Below, in pieces: positions 1 through 9,753 of a stretch of DNA of 64,000 bases (its first letter is position 1; each line of letters starts with the position of its first letter). The notes under the pieces were generated by a model. The model did no database searches and had not been told where the DNA came from. It saw only the letters and a list, made by a program, of their open reading frames with translations. This DNA comes from a virus, in the IMG/VR virus record IMGVR_UViG_3300031825_000369. One strand, written 5' to 3'. The translations under genes were made by a program, and so were the position numbers.

Positions 1-1917
1 GCGCTTCGGTCGGAGGTCGGCCCCGGGCGGTTCAGTCCCGCCGAAGCTGACGGGCTCGCCGATCACCGGCGGCGCGTTGCCCGCAGGGGGCTCCGCCCGT
101 ATATTTGCTGTAGAGCCAGTCGGTTCGGCAGGCGCAACTCCGGGAGTAGTCATCCGGCCCGTTCCGCCTTCGCCTGAGCCGACTGGCTCAAATTTTGTCA
201 GCTGATGATCGTAGTGGAGGCGCCCCGCACTCGTCTCCCGCGCCACGATCTCGACGTGGTAGTCCCTCTCGCCGATGCGCAGGTAATTCTCGAAACGCAG
301 ATAGGCCGGGACTGATCGGGCTTTGGCGGCGTCGCGGTTCGCCTCCGACCCCAGGAACCGCGCGCCCTCGATCAGCTCCGGCAGCGCATAGACCGCCTGG
401 AGCTTCTCGACGCTGGCACGCGGTTGCAGGGACTCTTTGAGGCCGGTCGTCGAGAATCCGATTTCCCATCCCGTCTCTCGATTGAGCACCCGGCGCGGAT
501 GGAGATGCGTCCTCGCCCACTCGCGCGTGGCCGCGTACCATCGGTGCGCTGGCCCGACTCGGTCGTTCACGACCTCGTCGCCGGCAATGTGCGGGTACTC
601 TACCTCTCGGTCGCCGACGAACTGGCGCGCGGTACGCACCTGCCCAGGCGGGAGTTGCGCCGGTCCACTGACCGATTCTGGTGCCGGACGCCGCCCGACC
701 TTCTTGGTGTACTCGGCGATGTCCGACACGCGCGACGAGTAGCGCGGCGCGTCTTCGGGCGAGACGCCGAACACCGACACGGGCTGGGACTGCGGCGACT
801 CGACCGGCGGCCGCCACGGCGACGACGGCCCTTCCGTTGGCGTCGGCGGGTTGCGCCGCGCCTCGAGTGCGGCGAGTCGGGCCGCCCCCTCGTCGCGCGA
901 GATGCGGCGAACGCCCGACTTCGGCACCGCCGGCGCCTCACTCACCGCGGCCGGAGACGGACCCTCGACGCCTTCGAGCGAGTAGGTCTCGTAGGCGCGG
1001 TCCGCCGGCGGCTTCGGGACCCGCGGCGCTTCCGGCGGGAGGTCCGCCCCAACCACGCGCGGCGCCTCCTCGCGGAGTGCGTCGGTGAGCTCGCGGTAGA
1101 GGTCCGCGTACGTCGCCTCGGCCCGCGCGATGTCCTTGCCGAGCGCGAGCCGCGGCACCTTCCCCGCCCCGGCGGGCCGGCGGGCCGGTGCCATCGCGGG
1201 GGCCGCGCGCCCCGGTGCCGGTCCCTTCGCTTCGCGCGCCACGTCGTCGAACGCGCGCACGAACCCCTCGGAGACGTCCGTGGTGCGCGCGGCGATCGCG
1301 CGACTCGTGGCGCCCGTGGCCTTTCCGGCCCCCCTTATCGTGCGGTCGAGCGTGGCGCCCATGAGTGCGCCTAACGCGGGATCGTCCGGCGACTGCACGG
1401 CGCCGAACCCGGCCGCCGCGGCGAGCGGACCCACGACCCGCGACGCCAGCGGGAACGCCGCGTTGGCCACCGTACCGACCGCGTCACGCCCCAACTGTTC
1501 GCGCGAGATCGCGCCGGGCGTGTCGCGGGTAATTGCCTGCCCAGGCCGCAGTCCGCCGGGAAGCGCGCCGACCTTCCCGAGCGTGTAATCCCCCTCGGCC
1601 ACCCGCCCACCCTCGACGGGTGCCGTGAAGAAGCGCACCGGGGCCATGACGACCGCATCCGCGATGGCCTCGGCCGTCTCCTTCGGATGCGTGACCATCT
1701 GTTTTATCGCCGTGCCGTAGCGCTTCAGGAGCGGTGGGCGGTCGGCGGTGTCCTCCTCTAGGAGATCCGAGTATGCCGCATCCGCGGTCAGCAGATCAGC
1801 GTACGGGTCTATGTCACTGGCGCGCGGTCGGATCTCCGGCCGCTGGCCCCGGCGCCTAACGCGACTCGAGTCGGGACGGGTCGGTGCTTGGCCTCCCCCT
1901 TTTTCGTTCCCGGTCAC
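1..1917 (-). CDS. 5' part of the large DNA-ejection/polyvalent protein (cut by the window edge; complete copy at 43420-46440)
   Basis: Same sequence as 44524-46440; GTG start overlaps the upstream TGA (GTGA). Confidence 0.8.
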   Translation of the reverse strand, partial: MTGNEKGGGQAPTRPDSSRVRRRGQRPEIRPRASDIDPYADLLTADAAYSDLLEEDTADRPPLLKRYGTAIKQMVTHPKETAEAIADAVVMAPVRFFTAPVEGGRVAEGDYTLGKVGALPGGLRPGQAITRDTPGAISREQLGRDAVGTVANAAFPLASRVVGPLAAAAGFGAVQSPDDPALGALMGATLDRTIRGAGKATGATSRAIAARTTDVSEGFVRAFDDVAREAKGPAPGRAAPAMAPARRPAGAGKVPRLALGKDIARAEATYADLYRELTDALREEAPRVVGADLPPEAPRVPKPPADRAYETYSLEGVEGPSPAAVSEAPAVPKSGVRRISRDEGAARLAALEARRNPPTPTEGPSSPWRPPVESPQSQPVSVFGVSPEDAPRYSSRVSDIAEYTKKVGRRPAPESVSGPAQLPPGQVRTARQFVGDREVEYPHIAGDEVVNDRVGPAHRWYAATREWARTHLHPRRVLNRETGWEIGFSTTGLKESLQPRASVEKLQAVYALPELIEGARFLGSEANRDAAKARSVPAYLRFENYLRIGERDYHVEIVARETSAGRLHYDHQLTKFEPVGSGEGGTGRMTTPGVAPAEPTGSTANIRAEPPAGNAPPVIGEPVSFGGTEPPGADLRPKR

Positions 1918-2651
1918 GGCGTGCCCGTGCGTTCCTTGAATCTCTGCGTCGCGATCGCCTTCCGCCGTTCCTTCTCGGCGTCGGGGATCGGGAGCGCCTC
2001 GATCTTCTCGAGGGCCCGCTCGTACGCGGCGCGCTCCGGGTCGACGGGCTCGGCGCCGAGATTGATGTTACCGGCCGCCCCGCCGGGCGCGGCCGACGTG
2101 CCCTGGCCCGTAATCGCGTCCCACTCTTCGGCGGCCTTCCGCGCCGCGTCGGCAGGCGCGAGCCCGGGTGCGAGGAGACTCGTCTTGGGGTCGCGTTGCG
2201 GCTTCGTGAGCTCAGGGACTCGGCCCGCGATGTACCGCTGTCGCGCGTCCTCGCGCGGCGGCCGCGGCGCGCGGTTCCGTGCGGTCTCCGTGATCCGGTC
2301 CCGCGCTTCGACACGCTGATTCGTCGACCGTAGATTCTCCAGGTCGATCCGATCGCGCTGCGCCTGGTCGCGCGCGGCGCGCGACTCGTCGCGGCGGAGC
2401 ATCCGCTCCATGGACTCCGCCGTCACGCGGCGCTGAGCTTCCTCCTTCCGGAACGCGAACTCGTCGTCCTCACGCTGCTGCTGCCGGCGCACGAGCGACT
2501 CGGCGAGGATGTCCTTTTGCCGCTGGCGCTCCGCCTCGGCCGCCTGCGCCTCGCGTTGCCGCCGCAGCTCCTCGCCCTGCATCCGGCCTTGCATGCCCTT
2601 CGCGAGCACGCCCGGGGCCGCGCGGAACAGCGCGCCTAAGAGTCCGGCCAT
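1914..2651 (-). CDS. Putative internal virion (ejection) protein, coiled-coil, 245 aa
   Basis: Charged helical ORF in the ejection-protein block with coupled neighbours; function inferred from position. Confidence 0.65.
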   Translation of the reverse strand: MAGLLGALFRAAPGVLAKGMQGRMQGEELRRQREAQAAEAERQRQKDILAESLVRRQQQREDDEFAFRKEEAQRRVTAESMERMLRRDESRAARDQAQRDRIDLENLRSTNQRVEARDRITETARNRAPRPPREDARQRYIAGRVPELTKPQRDPKTSLLAPGLAPADAARKAAEEWDAITGQGTSAAPGGAAGNINLGAEPVDPERAAYERALEKIEALPIPDAEKERRKAIATQRFKERTGTP

Positions 2652-2654
2652 GGC

Positions 2655-4079
2655 TTATCTCGTCGGGAGGAGGTCACGGACGGACGGCGGGGCGACGTAG
2701 GGAACCGCCGTCCCGCCGCCCCCGTTTGCGCTGCGTTGCATGAGGAACTGCGCGAGCAGATCCCCGACGCCTTGCATCGCCGCCTCGCCCTGCGCCGAGT
2801 ACTCGCGGCCCGACTGCGCGAGCGTGCTGGTCGGATCGTAGGCGCTCCCGATCCGAAACGCGTCGTTCATCTGGTCGCGCTGGCGCCCGTACGCGCGATC
2901 GAGCAGGTCCTCCCCCATGGCGCGCTCGCGCACCCGGTTGTTGATGGCGTCCTGATCGAGGCCGTACTGGTACGCGCGCTCGCCGCGGAGTTCGTCGCGG
3001 TCGGTGCGCTCGCTGCCGCTCACGCCTTGCTCGTAGCCGAACAGCGAGCCGAGGCGCGACTGTTCGCGCGCGAAGCCGCGGTCCCCAAGGTCATCGGCGT
3101 AATTCCGCTCGCCGACCGTATCGCCGTAGCTGTCGCGCTCGCGCCCGTAGAGGTCGCGCCCGAGCGTCAGCAGGTTGCCGAATTGCTCCTGGTTCGCGCG
3201 CGCGGCGTTGCCCGCGTACCCGGCCCCGATGCTCCCCACCGTGCCCATCACGTCGCGCGCGGCGCCGAGCTGCGCCAACCGATCGTCAAGCGTCTGCCCG
3301 GCGGATTCGGTCGCGAGCTGCCGCCGCGCGAGGTCGAGCTCGCGCTCGCGCTGGAGCTGCACGTCGCCGAGTTCGGACGTGGTCATCCCCGCGCCGATCC
3401 GGCCGAGCGCGGCCGCCCGGGACCCGACGTCGCGCATCTCCTTCTCGAAGCCCGGGCGCGAGCGCTCGAGGAGGAGGTCGTAGGCGTCGCCCGCGAGCTT
3501 CCCGCGGTCCGGGCCCGCCATCACCGCGTCCAAAGCACTCTTGACTTGCGTGTTGAGCCCGCCGATCGCGCCGTCGAACGGCGACCCGCCACCGCCCCCC
3601 CCGCCCTGCTGGGCCATCTTCAGGAGCTGGTCGTAGACGCCCTGGCTCTGCCCGGTGTTGGCCGGGCCGACCGCGCGGTATTGCATCCCCGGGAGATTCG
3701 CGAGCTGCTGCGCCGCCTGGGTGCTCATGCCTTGCGCGCCGGCGAGACGCTGCGACGCCTGCGGGGTGAACTGCTGCCCGATGAGACTGTTGCCCGGGCC
3801 GAACGACTGGCCCGGCTGCATGTTCGGCCCCCCCGTGCCGCCGCCCGCGCCGCCCTGCGGGATGAACGGTCCGCCGGTCTGCCCGCCCCCATACGGATTG
3901 ACCGGTCCACCGGGCGCCACCGGTGACGGGGGCCTCGGCCCGGGAGTCGGCGACGACCACACCGGGAGGGTCGGGCGCGTCGGGAGCGGGGTCGGGTTCG
4001 GGCGCGGGGCCTGCGTCGCCTGGCGGATGATGGAGGCAGGCGGCCGCGCCTGCTCGTCGGTCGTCGCGTAGCTGATCAT
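2655..4079 (-). CDS. Putative DNA transfer/internal virion protein, 474 aa
   Basis: Pro-rich N-terminus, Gly/Gln-rich helical body and RxRGxRAYQYGLDQ-type repeats typical of podophage ejection proteins; position after the pilot-like gene. Confidence 0.7.
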   Translation of the reverse strand: MISYATTDEQARPPASIIRQATQAPRPNPTPLPTRPTLPVWSSPTPGPRPPSPVAPGGPVNPYGGGQTGGPFIPQGGAGGGTGGPNMQPGQSFGPGNSLIGQQFTPQASQRLAGAQGMSTQAAQQLANLPGMQYRAVGPANTGQSQGVYDQLLKMAQQGGGGGGGSPFDGAIGGLNTQVKSALDAVMAGPDRGKLAGDAYDLLLERSRPGFEKEMRDVGSRAAALGRIGAGMTTSELGDVQLQRERELDLARRQLATESAGQTLDDRLAQLGAARDVMGTVGSIGAGYAGNAARANQEQFGNLLTLGRDLYGRERDSYGDTVGERNYADDLGDRGFAREQSRLGSLFGYEQGVSGSERTDRDELRGERAYQYGLDQDAINNRVRERAMGEDLLDRAYGRQRDQMNDAFRIGSAYDPTSTLAQSGREYSAQGEAAMQGVGDLLAQFLMQRSANGGGGTAVPYVAPPSVRDLLPTR

Positions 4080-4082
4080 GCG

Positions 4083-4820
4083 TCACCGGTTCGCGAAGGG
4101 ATTCTCACTGCGGAAGAGCGCGGACAGGTCTTCGCGCGGCGGGGGGGCTTGCAGGGCGAGCATCCGCGCGCGGTCCCGGAGCGGCGCCCCCGCCTGGTAC
4201 TCCGCCATGGCGATGTCGGACGCCTGGTTGCGCAGCTGGTCGCCGCGCCGTGCGTCCTTGGCGCTCTGCATGGCGCCGAGCGCCCCGACGCCGAGTTGCG
4301 CGACGTCGCCCCAGGGAATCTTGCTCAGCATGCCGCCCGCTCCACCGCCCCCGCCGAAGATGCTCGACAGCCCGCCGCCGCCACCGCTCGCCGCCGGTGC
4401 GCCACCGCCCGCGAGCAGGCTCGTCGCCGCGCCCTTCGCGCCGCCCGTCGCGTAGCCGGTGCCGGCCCGGAGCGCCGCGTCCTTGACACCATTCCCGATG
4501 ACCTGCTGGCCGGCCTGCTTGAGCCCGGCCTTCAACCCCTGACTCGCGATCGTCTTGATGCCGCCGCCGACCGCGCCGCCGACGCCACCGAGCGCCGCCC
4601 CGCTGGCCGCGCCGCCGAGCGCGTTCTTGAAGGCGTTGCCGCCCTTCTTCGTGGCCCCAGCGATCGCCCCGCCGAGCGCCGCGCCGGCCACGTTGCCAAT
4701 GCCGGGGATCATCGTGCCCAGGATCGGCAGCGCGATCGGCGCCGCCTTCTGCGCGACCTTGCCGAGCGGCCGGGTGACGTTTTTCTCGATCTTGCGTAAG
4801 CCCTTCGATAGCCAGGAAAT
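4083..4820 (-). CDS. Putative DNA pilot/ejection protein, 245 aa, apparent ATT start
   Basis: (M)SWLSKGLRKIEK N-terminus, then long Gly/Ala-rich hydrophobic segments (GAALGGAIAGA). GGGGGA lies 7 nt upstream of ATT at 4820. Confidence 0.7.
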   Translation of the reverse strand: MSWLSKGLRKIEKNVTRPLGKVAQKAAPIALPILGTMIPGIGNVAGAALGGAIAGATKKGGNAFKNALGGAASGAALGGVGGAVGGGIKTIASQGLKAGLKQAGQQVIGNGVKDAALRAGTGYATGGAKGAATSLLAGGGAPAASGGGGGLSSIFGGGGGAGGMLSKIPWGDVAQLGVGALGAMQSAKDARRGDQLRNQASDIAMAEYQAGAPLRDRARMLALQAPPPREDLSALFRSENPFANR

Positions 4821-4834
4821 TGTCGTATCCCCCG

Positions 4835-5710
4835 TTAGGGTAGGGTGAACAGCATCCCCGCGCTGCCCGCCTTCGTGGTGACGTTGTCGCCCACGGCCGA
4901 GGACTCCGAGGCGTGCTGGACTTGCAGCGTGCCGGCGTTCGCGCCGGTCCGCAGGATGCCCGTCACGCGCGCGACGAGCGACACCGCCGAGGCCGGCGAC
5001 GCGAGCGGCGACACGCGATCCCCGCTCGAGGTGCCGTACCCGACAAACGCCGCCCCCGCGCTGTCGCTGTTCGCCGGGATCGTCGCCGTGTAGGCGATCG
5101 TGGCCCCCGCCGGACAGGTCAGCGCGAGTTGATACCCGACGCTGACATTCGACGTCAGAAACAGGAGATAGAACTCGAACGCGTACTCCGTGTTGGCCGC
5201 GACCGCGAGACTCAGCCCCGTCACGTCCGTGAGCGCCGTGGAGCCCGTGGCATTCCCCACCGGGCCGACGTCGCTCCCGATCTTCACCGAGGCTTGGGTG
5301 CTGGGCGCGCTCGGCGTGTAACTCGGCAGGATCACCCACCCGTAGGTCGCGGGCGTGGCGCTCAGGACCGCCTGCAGCTGGTGCGTCTCGTGCTGCGTGG
5401 CCCACGCGAGCGTCGCCGCCCCGTCGATCGCCTGGCCCCCGGTGCCCTGGAGCGTCACCGTGTTGGCGCCCGCGTTCGTTTTCTTCGCGGTGAAGCGGCG
5501 CCCCAGCACCGTGCTGGCGTCGGGGAGCGTCAGCACCACCGCGCCCCCGGTCGTGTCGACGAGCAGCAGTTCGTCGGAGTCGACGACGGTGACCGACGCG
5601 GTGACGAGTCGCGCGGCGTAAGTGCCGGGCTGCGCCGCGATGTCGCGTTGCCACCGCCGGAGCGTGTCCTCCGGCTTCTCGCCGGACACGACCGTGAGTT
5701 TCGGCGCCAT
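4835..5710 (-). CDS. Tail fibre/baseplate-like protein, 291 aa
   Basis: VDTTGGAVVLTLP...KKTNAGANTVTL...IDG module common in phage fibre proteins; beta-rich C-terminal domain. Confidence 0.7.
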   Translation of the reverse strand: MAPKLTVVSGEKPEDTLRRWQRDIAAQPGTYAARLVTASVTVVDSDELLLVDTTGGAVVLTLPDASTVLGRRFTAKKTNAGANTVTLQGTGGQAIDGAATLAWATQHETHQLQAVLSATPATYGWVILPSYTPSAPSTQASVKIGSDVGPVGNATGSTALTDVTGLSLAVAANTEYAFEFYLLFLTSNVSVGYQLALTCPAGATIAYTATIPANSDSAGAAFVGYGTSSGDRVSPLASPASAVSLVARVTGILRTGANAGTLQVQHASESSAVGDNVTTKAGSAGMLFTLP

Positions 5711-5919
5711 TAGGGGACCGTCTCCGGCGCATCCGTGACGTCGAGCACGATCTCGTTGCTATCGGTGTCGATCGCTTGCAGGTGCCCCGCCGTTATGCCC
5801 GCGCCGGCCACCACGACCGCCACCGCGTCCGCGAACCGCCGCGCCGCGGCTTCCGCTTCGCGTTGTCGCTCCAGCACCATCGCGATCTGCGCGGGGTGCG
5901 CTTTCACTCGCTGCATCAT
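5710..5919 (-). CDS. Small hypothetical protein (possible fibre chaperone), 69 aa
   Basis: MMQRVKAHP...; the start overlaps the upstream stop (ATGA) and the stop overlaps the downstream start. Confidence 0.55.
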   Translation of the reverse strand: MMQRVKAHPAQIAMVLERQREAEAAARRFADAVAVVVAGAGITAGHLQAIDTDSNEIVLDVTDAPETVP

Positions 5920-6503
5920 GGGGTGCTGTCCTCCACCCAGGCCGAGGCCCAGGAGCCGGTCCCGGAGAAGCGTTCGTGCCGCGCGCGGAGTGAGCCGCCC
6001 GCGACGCCGCCGGCGAGGATGATTTCCGCCGACGGGACGCCGTCGCTGACGAACGTGTTGTCGGACAGCACCGCCCCGCCGCCATCGCGGAACTGATAGC
6101 GGGTCGTGCAGAACGTTTCGCTCGGGGTGACGGTCCCGCCGTAGGCCCCGCCGCCCAGGTCTCGGAAGTCGACCCCTGCCGGCGCGGCAGGCGGGTTGAT
6201 GAATGGGTCCGGCGTCGACACCGGCGCCCACTCCGACGCCACGCCCTGCCGCTCCAGCCGCACGCGGTAGCTCCCGGCTTCGGTGTACCCAACGATGTCG
6301 ACGCTGAACGACGTGCCGCTCGCGCTCCCGGTCCCGAACGCCGACCAGACGCCGGAGCCGGGCGCCGATTCCTTCTCGACCCGCACCGTCAGCGGGCCCG
6401 GATTCCCGGCCGTGTTCCCGGTGAACCGCGTCGAGCTCTCCCACTGCGAGGCGAGGAGCCCCGTGGGCTTGGCGACGTGCGTGCCGTGCATCATCCCGAA
6501 CAT
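5916..6503 (-). CDS. Tail accessory protein with beta-sandwich (Fn3/Ig-like) domains, 195 aa
   Basis: Start MFGMMHG at 6503; YRVRLERQGVASEW and LRARHERFSGTGSW resemble Fn3 F-G strands. Confidence 0.6.
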   Translation of the reverse strand: MFGMMHGTHVAKPTGLLASQWESSTRFTGNTAGNPGPLTVRVEKESAPGSGVWSAFGTGSASGTSFSVDIVGYTEAGSYRVRLERQGVASEWAPVSTPDPFINPPAAPAGVDFRDLGGGAYGGTVTPSETFCTTRYQFRDGGGAVLSDNTFVSDGVPSAEIILAGGVAGGSLRARHERFSGTGSWASAWVEDSTP

Positions 6504-6508
6504 GCGCG

Positions 6509-7204
6509 TTAGGCCGTGTAGTTGGCGCCGACCATCGCGCCGAAGTAGGTCGCGCCGTCGTAGTAGAGCGCGATCAGGTCGACCTTGCTCGCCGTCGTCG
6601 TGAGCGTCGGCGCCGTGCCGCCCGACCAGTGCACCGCCGCCGGCCAGGTGATCGTCCGCGAGCCCGTGGCGTCCTGCGCGATCCGCAACAGGTAGTGCGC
6701 CCCCGCCTGCGGGTTCGAGAGCGTGAGCGTGCAATTCGCCGTCAGGGTCAGCTTTTGGGAGTTCCCGCTATTCCAGTCGATCGTCTTCGCCGCACCGCTG
6801 TTCCCGGCGTCGACTTGCGCGCTGTACCCCTGCCCGGCCGCGAGCGCGAGGTTCCCGGCCGTGACCGCGATTCCACCAGCCACGACCGACACGCCGCCGG
6901 CTTGCACGCTGATGCCGCCGCTCGCGACCGTCAGCCCGGTGATCCCGCCTAACGTGCCGGTGATCGTGCTGTTGCCGGTGACCGTGATCCCGCCGGCCGA
7001 CACCGTGATCCCGCCCGTCGAGACCGTGATCCCGACGCCCGCGCCCGGCGTGAAGGTCAGGTTCGCCGTGACGGTGCGGGCCACGTCGGTAAACAGCGCG
7101 TAGCTGTTCACCGTCGTCCGGATCGTGTCGAAGTTCTGGTTGACCTGGGCCGACTGGATGGTCGTCCCGGAGGAGAACGCGGTCAGGGCGCTGATGAGTG
7201 GCAT
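6509..7204 (-). CDS. Tail fibre adaptor protein, 231 aa
   Basis: N-terminal FSSGTTIQSAQVNQNFD; GGITV repeats; C-terminal IDWNSGN...QDATGSRTITWP..VHWSGGTAPTLTTTASKVDL fibre domain. Confidence 0.8.
   Translation of the reverse strand: MPLISALTAFSSGTTIQSAQVNQNFDTIRTTVNSYALFTDVARTVTANLTFTPGAGVGITVSTGGITVSAGGITVTGNSTITGTLGGITGLTVASGGISVQAGGVSVVAGGIAVTAGNLALAAGQGYSAQVDAGNSGAAKTIDWNSGNSQKLTLTANCTLTLSNPQAGAHYLLRIAQDATGSRTITWPAAVHWSGGTAPTLTTTASKVDLIALYYDGATYFGAMVGANYTA
6860..7035 (-). repeat. Coding tandem repeats (GGITV-like heptads) in the fibre shaft
   Basis: Repeated cgtgatcccg units encode GITVSTGGITVSAGGITVT...GGISVQAGGVSVVAGGIAV. Confidence 0.75.
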
Positions 7205-7208
7205 GGCG

Positions 7209-8849
7209 TTAGTAAGTCGAGGGGCGTTCGTCGAGCGGCGCGGCCACCGCCGAGACCTGCTGGAGCTGCCACCGCTCCCCGAGCTCGGCGTGCGTGAGCT
7301 CCACTTCGAGCCAGCGGCCCGTCACCTGCCGCAAGCCGGCCGGGAGATGCCGCTCCCCGAGCTCGGTCCCCCACGTGGCTTGGTCCCACAGCGACACGTC
7401 CCACCGCGCGTCCGAGCCCGACGAGGTGACGGAGAGCGGCGTCGCGAGCGGCCAGGTCCCGCGCGGCGTCGCGACGGTCACGGACACGCCGGTCAGCGTC
7501 GTGGGAATGCGGAGCGTCGTATCGAGCCGCGTCCAATGCTTGTCGAGCGCGACGGTGGCGCCCAGGTGGCCCGTCCGGACGGTGTGCTGGATCGCCACCG
7601 CGCCCGCGGCGAAGCCGTCATCCCAGACGTTCCCGGTCGGGACGTCGTGCCAGTAGCAATACCCCTCGTCCACCGTGGCCGACGTCGAGCCCCCGCCGTG
7701 CACGAGCCGCCGCTCGCCGGCCGCGTTCTTCGCCGTCGCCAGCACCGTCGATTGCCAGCCGCGCCAGACGCCTTCACAGAGCCCGGTCTTGGGGTTGCAC
7801 ACCACATACGCGTTCGGCTCGTCGTAGCCCGTCTCGGCCACGCCGACGACCACCCGCTCGCCCTGCGGCTCGCCGTCCCAGAGCGCGATCTCCGCGCGCT
7901 CGAACTTGAGCGGGTTGAGCGCCGTCAGGGCGTTCCGCGCCCCGATCCCGACTTCCTCGAGCGCCACGCCGCGCGCCCGCATGACGCGCCGGTCCGAGGA
8001 GAGGAAGTACACATCCTGATCGACCACCATCACGGCCGCGGGCGAGCGACAGCCCACGTGCTCCGAGACCGCCTCGCGCGTGCCGCTCGAGCGAAAGTCC
8101 GTCGTGACTTCGCCGGTCACGAGCGTGACGCTGTTCTGGCGGAACAGGTAAATCGCGTCGTTGGTCGCGGCCCCGGCGAAGAACGGCGCCGCGTTGGTCT
8201 GGCGCAGCGTCCAGGCGTTGTTGTACCCGCCGGCCTCATAGCCGGTGTTGGGCGTCGCGGGCTCGGACCAGACGATCGTCGTGCGCTCGGTGCTCTTGAT
8301 CCCGAACAGCTGGCCGTAGTACACCCAGGGCGCGCCGTAGAGCACCGGCGCGTTCGTGAGCTTCGTCAGGCCCGCGCCCGCGGTGCCGTCCCACGCGAAC
8401 GGCGTGTTGACGCCGTCCGAGATCACCAGCAGGTCGGCGAAGTTGACGGCGTACACCTTCGCGCTCGCCGACAGCGTGATGGCGGAGCCCGCGAGGTTCG
8501 CGGTCGTGAGGACCTTGGTCCACGCGTCGCCGCCCCAGTCGTAGGTGTAGACTTCGCCCCCCACGACCGCGACCGTGTACTCGGTGCCGTTGACCTTCGT
8601 GAACTGCGCAACCCGCTGGACCGCGCGCGCGCCGACGCTCCCGAGCTGCGCGCCCATCTGGCTAAAGCCCGGGCGCCCTTCGACCATTGGGGTCTCGGTG
8701 TCGGCGTCGCGGATCCAACAATTCACGAGGCGCCCGGCCGCGTCGCCGCGGTTGTCGGCCGACTGGTCGCGATCGTGCTGCCGGACCGGCGGGCCCCAGT
8801 CGTAGCGCCGCGAGCGGGCCGCCGCGGCCACGTAGGCGCGCGCCGTCAT
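7209..8849 (-). CDS. Tail nozzle/stabilisation protein (P22 gp10 / T7 gp12-like beta-propeller), 546 aa
   Basis: Size; beta-propeller-like repeats (IVWSEP, VGCRSPAAV..VDQDVYFLS); C-terminal WDVSLWDQATWG...GRWLEVELTH; follows the adaptor gene. Confidence 0.75.
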   Translation of the reverse strand: MTARAYVAAAARSRRYDWGPPVRQHDRDQSADNRGDAAGRLVNCWIRDADTETPMVEGRPGFSQMGAQLGSVGARAVQRVAQFTKVNGTEYTVAVVGGEVYTYDWGGDAWTKVLTTANLAGSAITLSASAKVYAVNFADLLVISDGVNTPFAWDGTAGAGLTKLTNAPVLYGAPWVYYGQLFGIKSTERTTIVWSEPATPNTGYEAGGYNNAWTLRQTNAAPFFAGAATNDAIYLFRQNSVTLVTGEVTTDFRSSGTREAVSEHVGCRSPAAVMVVDQDVYFLSSDRRVMRARGVALEEVGIGARNALTALNPLKFERAEIALWDGEPQGERVVVGVAETGYDEPNAYVVCNPKTGLCEGVWRGWQSTVLATAKNAAGERRLVHGGGSTSATVDEGYCYWHDVPTGNVWDDGFAAGAVAIQHTVRTGHLGATVALDKHWTRLDTTLRIPTTLTGVSVTVATPRGTWPLATPLSVTSSGSDARWDVSLWDQATWGTELGERHLPAGLRQVTGRWLEVELTHAELGERWQLQQVSAVAAPLDERPSTY

Positions 8850-8859
8850 CGGTGGCGCC

Positions 8860-9537
8860 TCATCGGAGCGGCCCCCGCCACCAGAAGCGCGACGTCCCGA
8901 GCGCATACGCCGGGTCCGAGCCCTGCCCGAACATCTGGCCCTTCAAGCTGCCGATGATCCCGGTGTCGCCGGGGTTCATCGGGTCGCCCCAGCACGTGTG
9001 CTGGAACAGCTGCAGGAAGGGCGAGGGGTCACGCAGCCCGCCCTGCCGCGCCCACTCGGCCACGGCGTCGTACACGAGGAGGATGCGCGCCGGCTCCGGC
9101 TGCAGGGTGGGCTCGACCGACGCCGAGATCGACACCGGCTGACGGACGTACCGCGTGTAGAGCGTGTCGGCGAAGGTCTGGGTGCGGCCGTTGGGCATGC
9201 GGATCCGGTTCCCCTCGAACACGAAGTCCGCGTGCGGCGAGAAGTCCGCGCCGGGGATCAGGATGCGGCCACTGCGCCCGACCCGGATCTCGGCTTCGCC
9301 GAGCGGCCAGTCCGAATTCGGGAACGTGTAGGTGGCGCCGCCGTCTGCCGTCGACATCGCGGCCGGCGCCGTCATGAGGACGTGCGGGACGTGCGACGCG
9401 AAGAGCCGCGTCACCTTCTGCTGCGCGTTCGAGAGCAGCTGGTACCACTGCGCATCGCTCGTGACGTCGCCCTGCGTCGGCTCCTGGGCGGTGTCCTTGC
9501 AGCGCTGGAGGATGTCGGCAGAATCCCAATCGCTCAT
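8860..9537 (-). CDS. Head-tail adaptor (tail tubular protein A-like), 225 aa
   Basis: Start MSDWDSADILQRC at 9537; LLSNAQQKV helix, Y.FP.D motif, LLVYDAVAEW; position upstream of the nozzle gene. Confidence 0.7.
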   Translation of the reverse strand: MSDWDSADILQRCKDTAQEPTQGDVTSDAQWYQLLSNAQQKVTRLFASHVPHVLMTAPAAMSTADGGATYTFPNSDWPLGEAEIRVGRSGRILIPGADFSPHADFVFEGNRIRMPNGRTQTFADTLYTRYVRQPVSISASVEPTLQPEPARILLVYDAVAEWARQGGLRDPSPFLQLFQHTCWGDPMNPGDTGIIGSLKGQMFGQGSDPAYALGTSRFWWRGPLR

Positions 9538-9541
9538 CGCG

Positions 9542-9742
9542 CTAGCCTCGCAGCCCGACGAACCGGCGGCCGCGGCGCCGCCGCGTGGTCGGCGTGCCCG
9601 GCGCGGGCGGGTCGCCCGCGGTGGCGTAGGGATACACGCCCGCGAGCTGCCGCCGGTCCGGGACGCTCGCGAGCGAGCCATCGGGCGGAGGCGCGTAGAC
9701 CTCCGCCACGAATCGGCGCTTCTGTTCCGTGTCGATCGCCAT
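9542..9742 (-). CDS. Small virion-associated peptide, 66 aa
   Basis: Fills the operon gap with an RBS; DRRQLAGVY motif and Arg-rich tail. Confidence 0.6.
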   Translation of the reverse strand: MAIDTEQKRRFVAEVYAPPPDGSLASVPDRRQLAGVYPYATAGDPPAPGTPTTRRRRGRRFVGLRG

Positions 9743-9753
9743 AGGGGCCGCCG

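Noticed and set aside
4834-4846. Telomere-like TTAGGG/TAGGG repeats (also GGTTAGGCGTTAGGC at 14702)
   Set aside because: Only one or two units each; explained by the dispersed GTTAGG motif, not by telomeric arrays.
4083-5732. 549-aa ORF as a single protein
   Set aside because: Its first 304 codons are an off-frame overlap of the fibre gene 4835-5710; only the part from 4820 looks coding.
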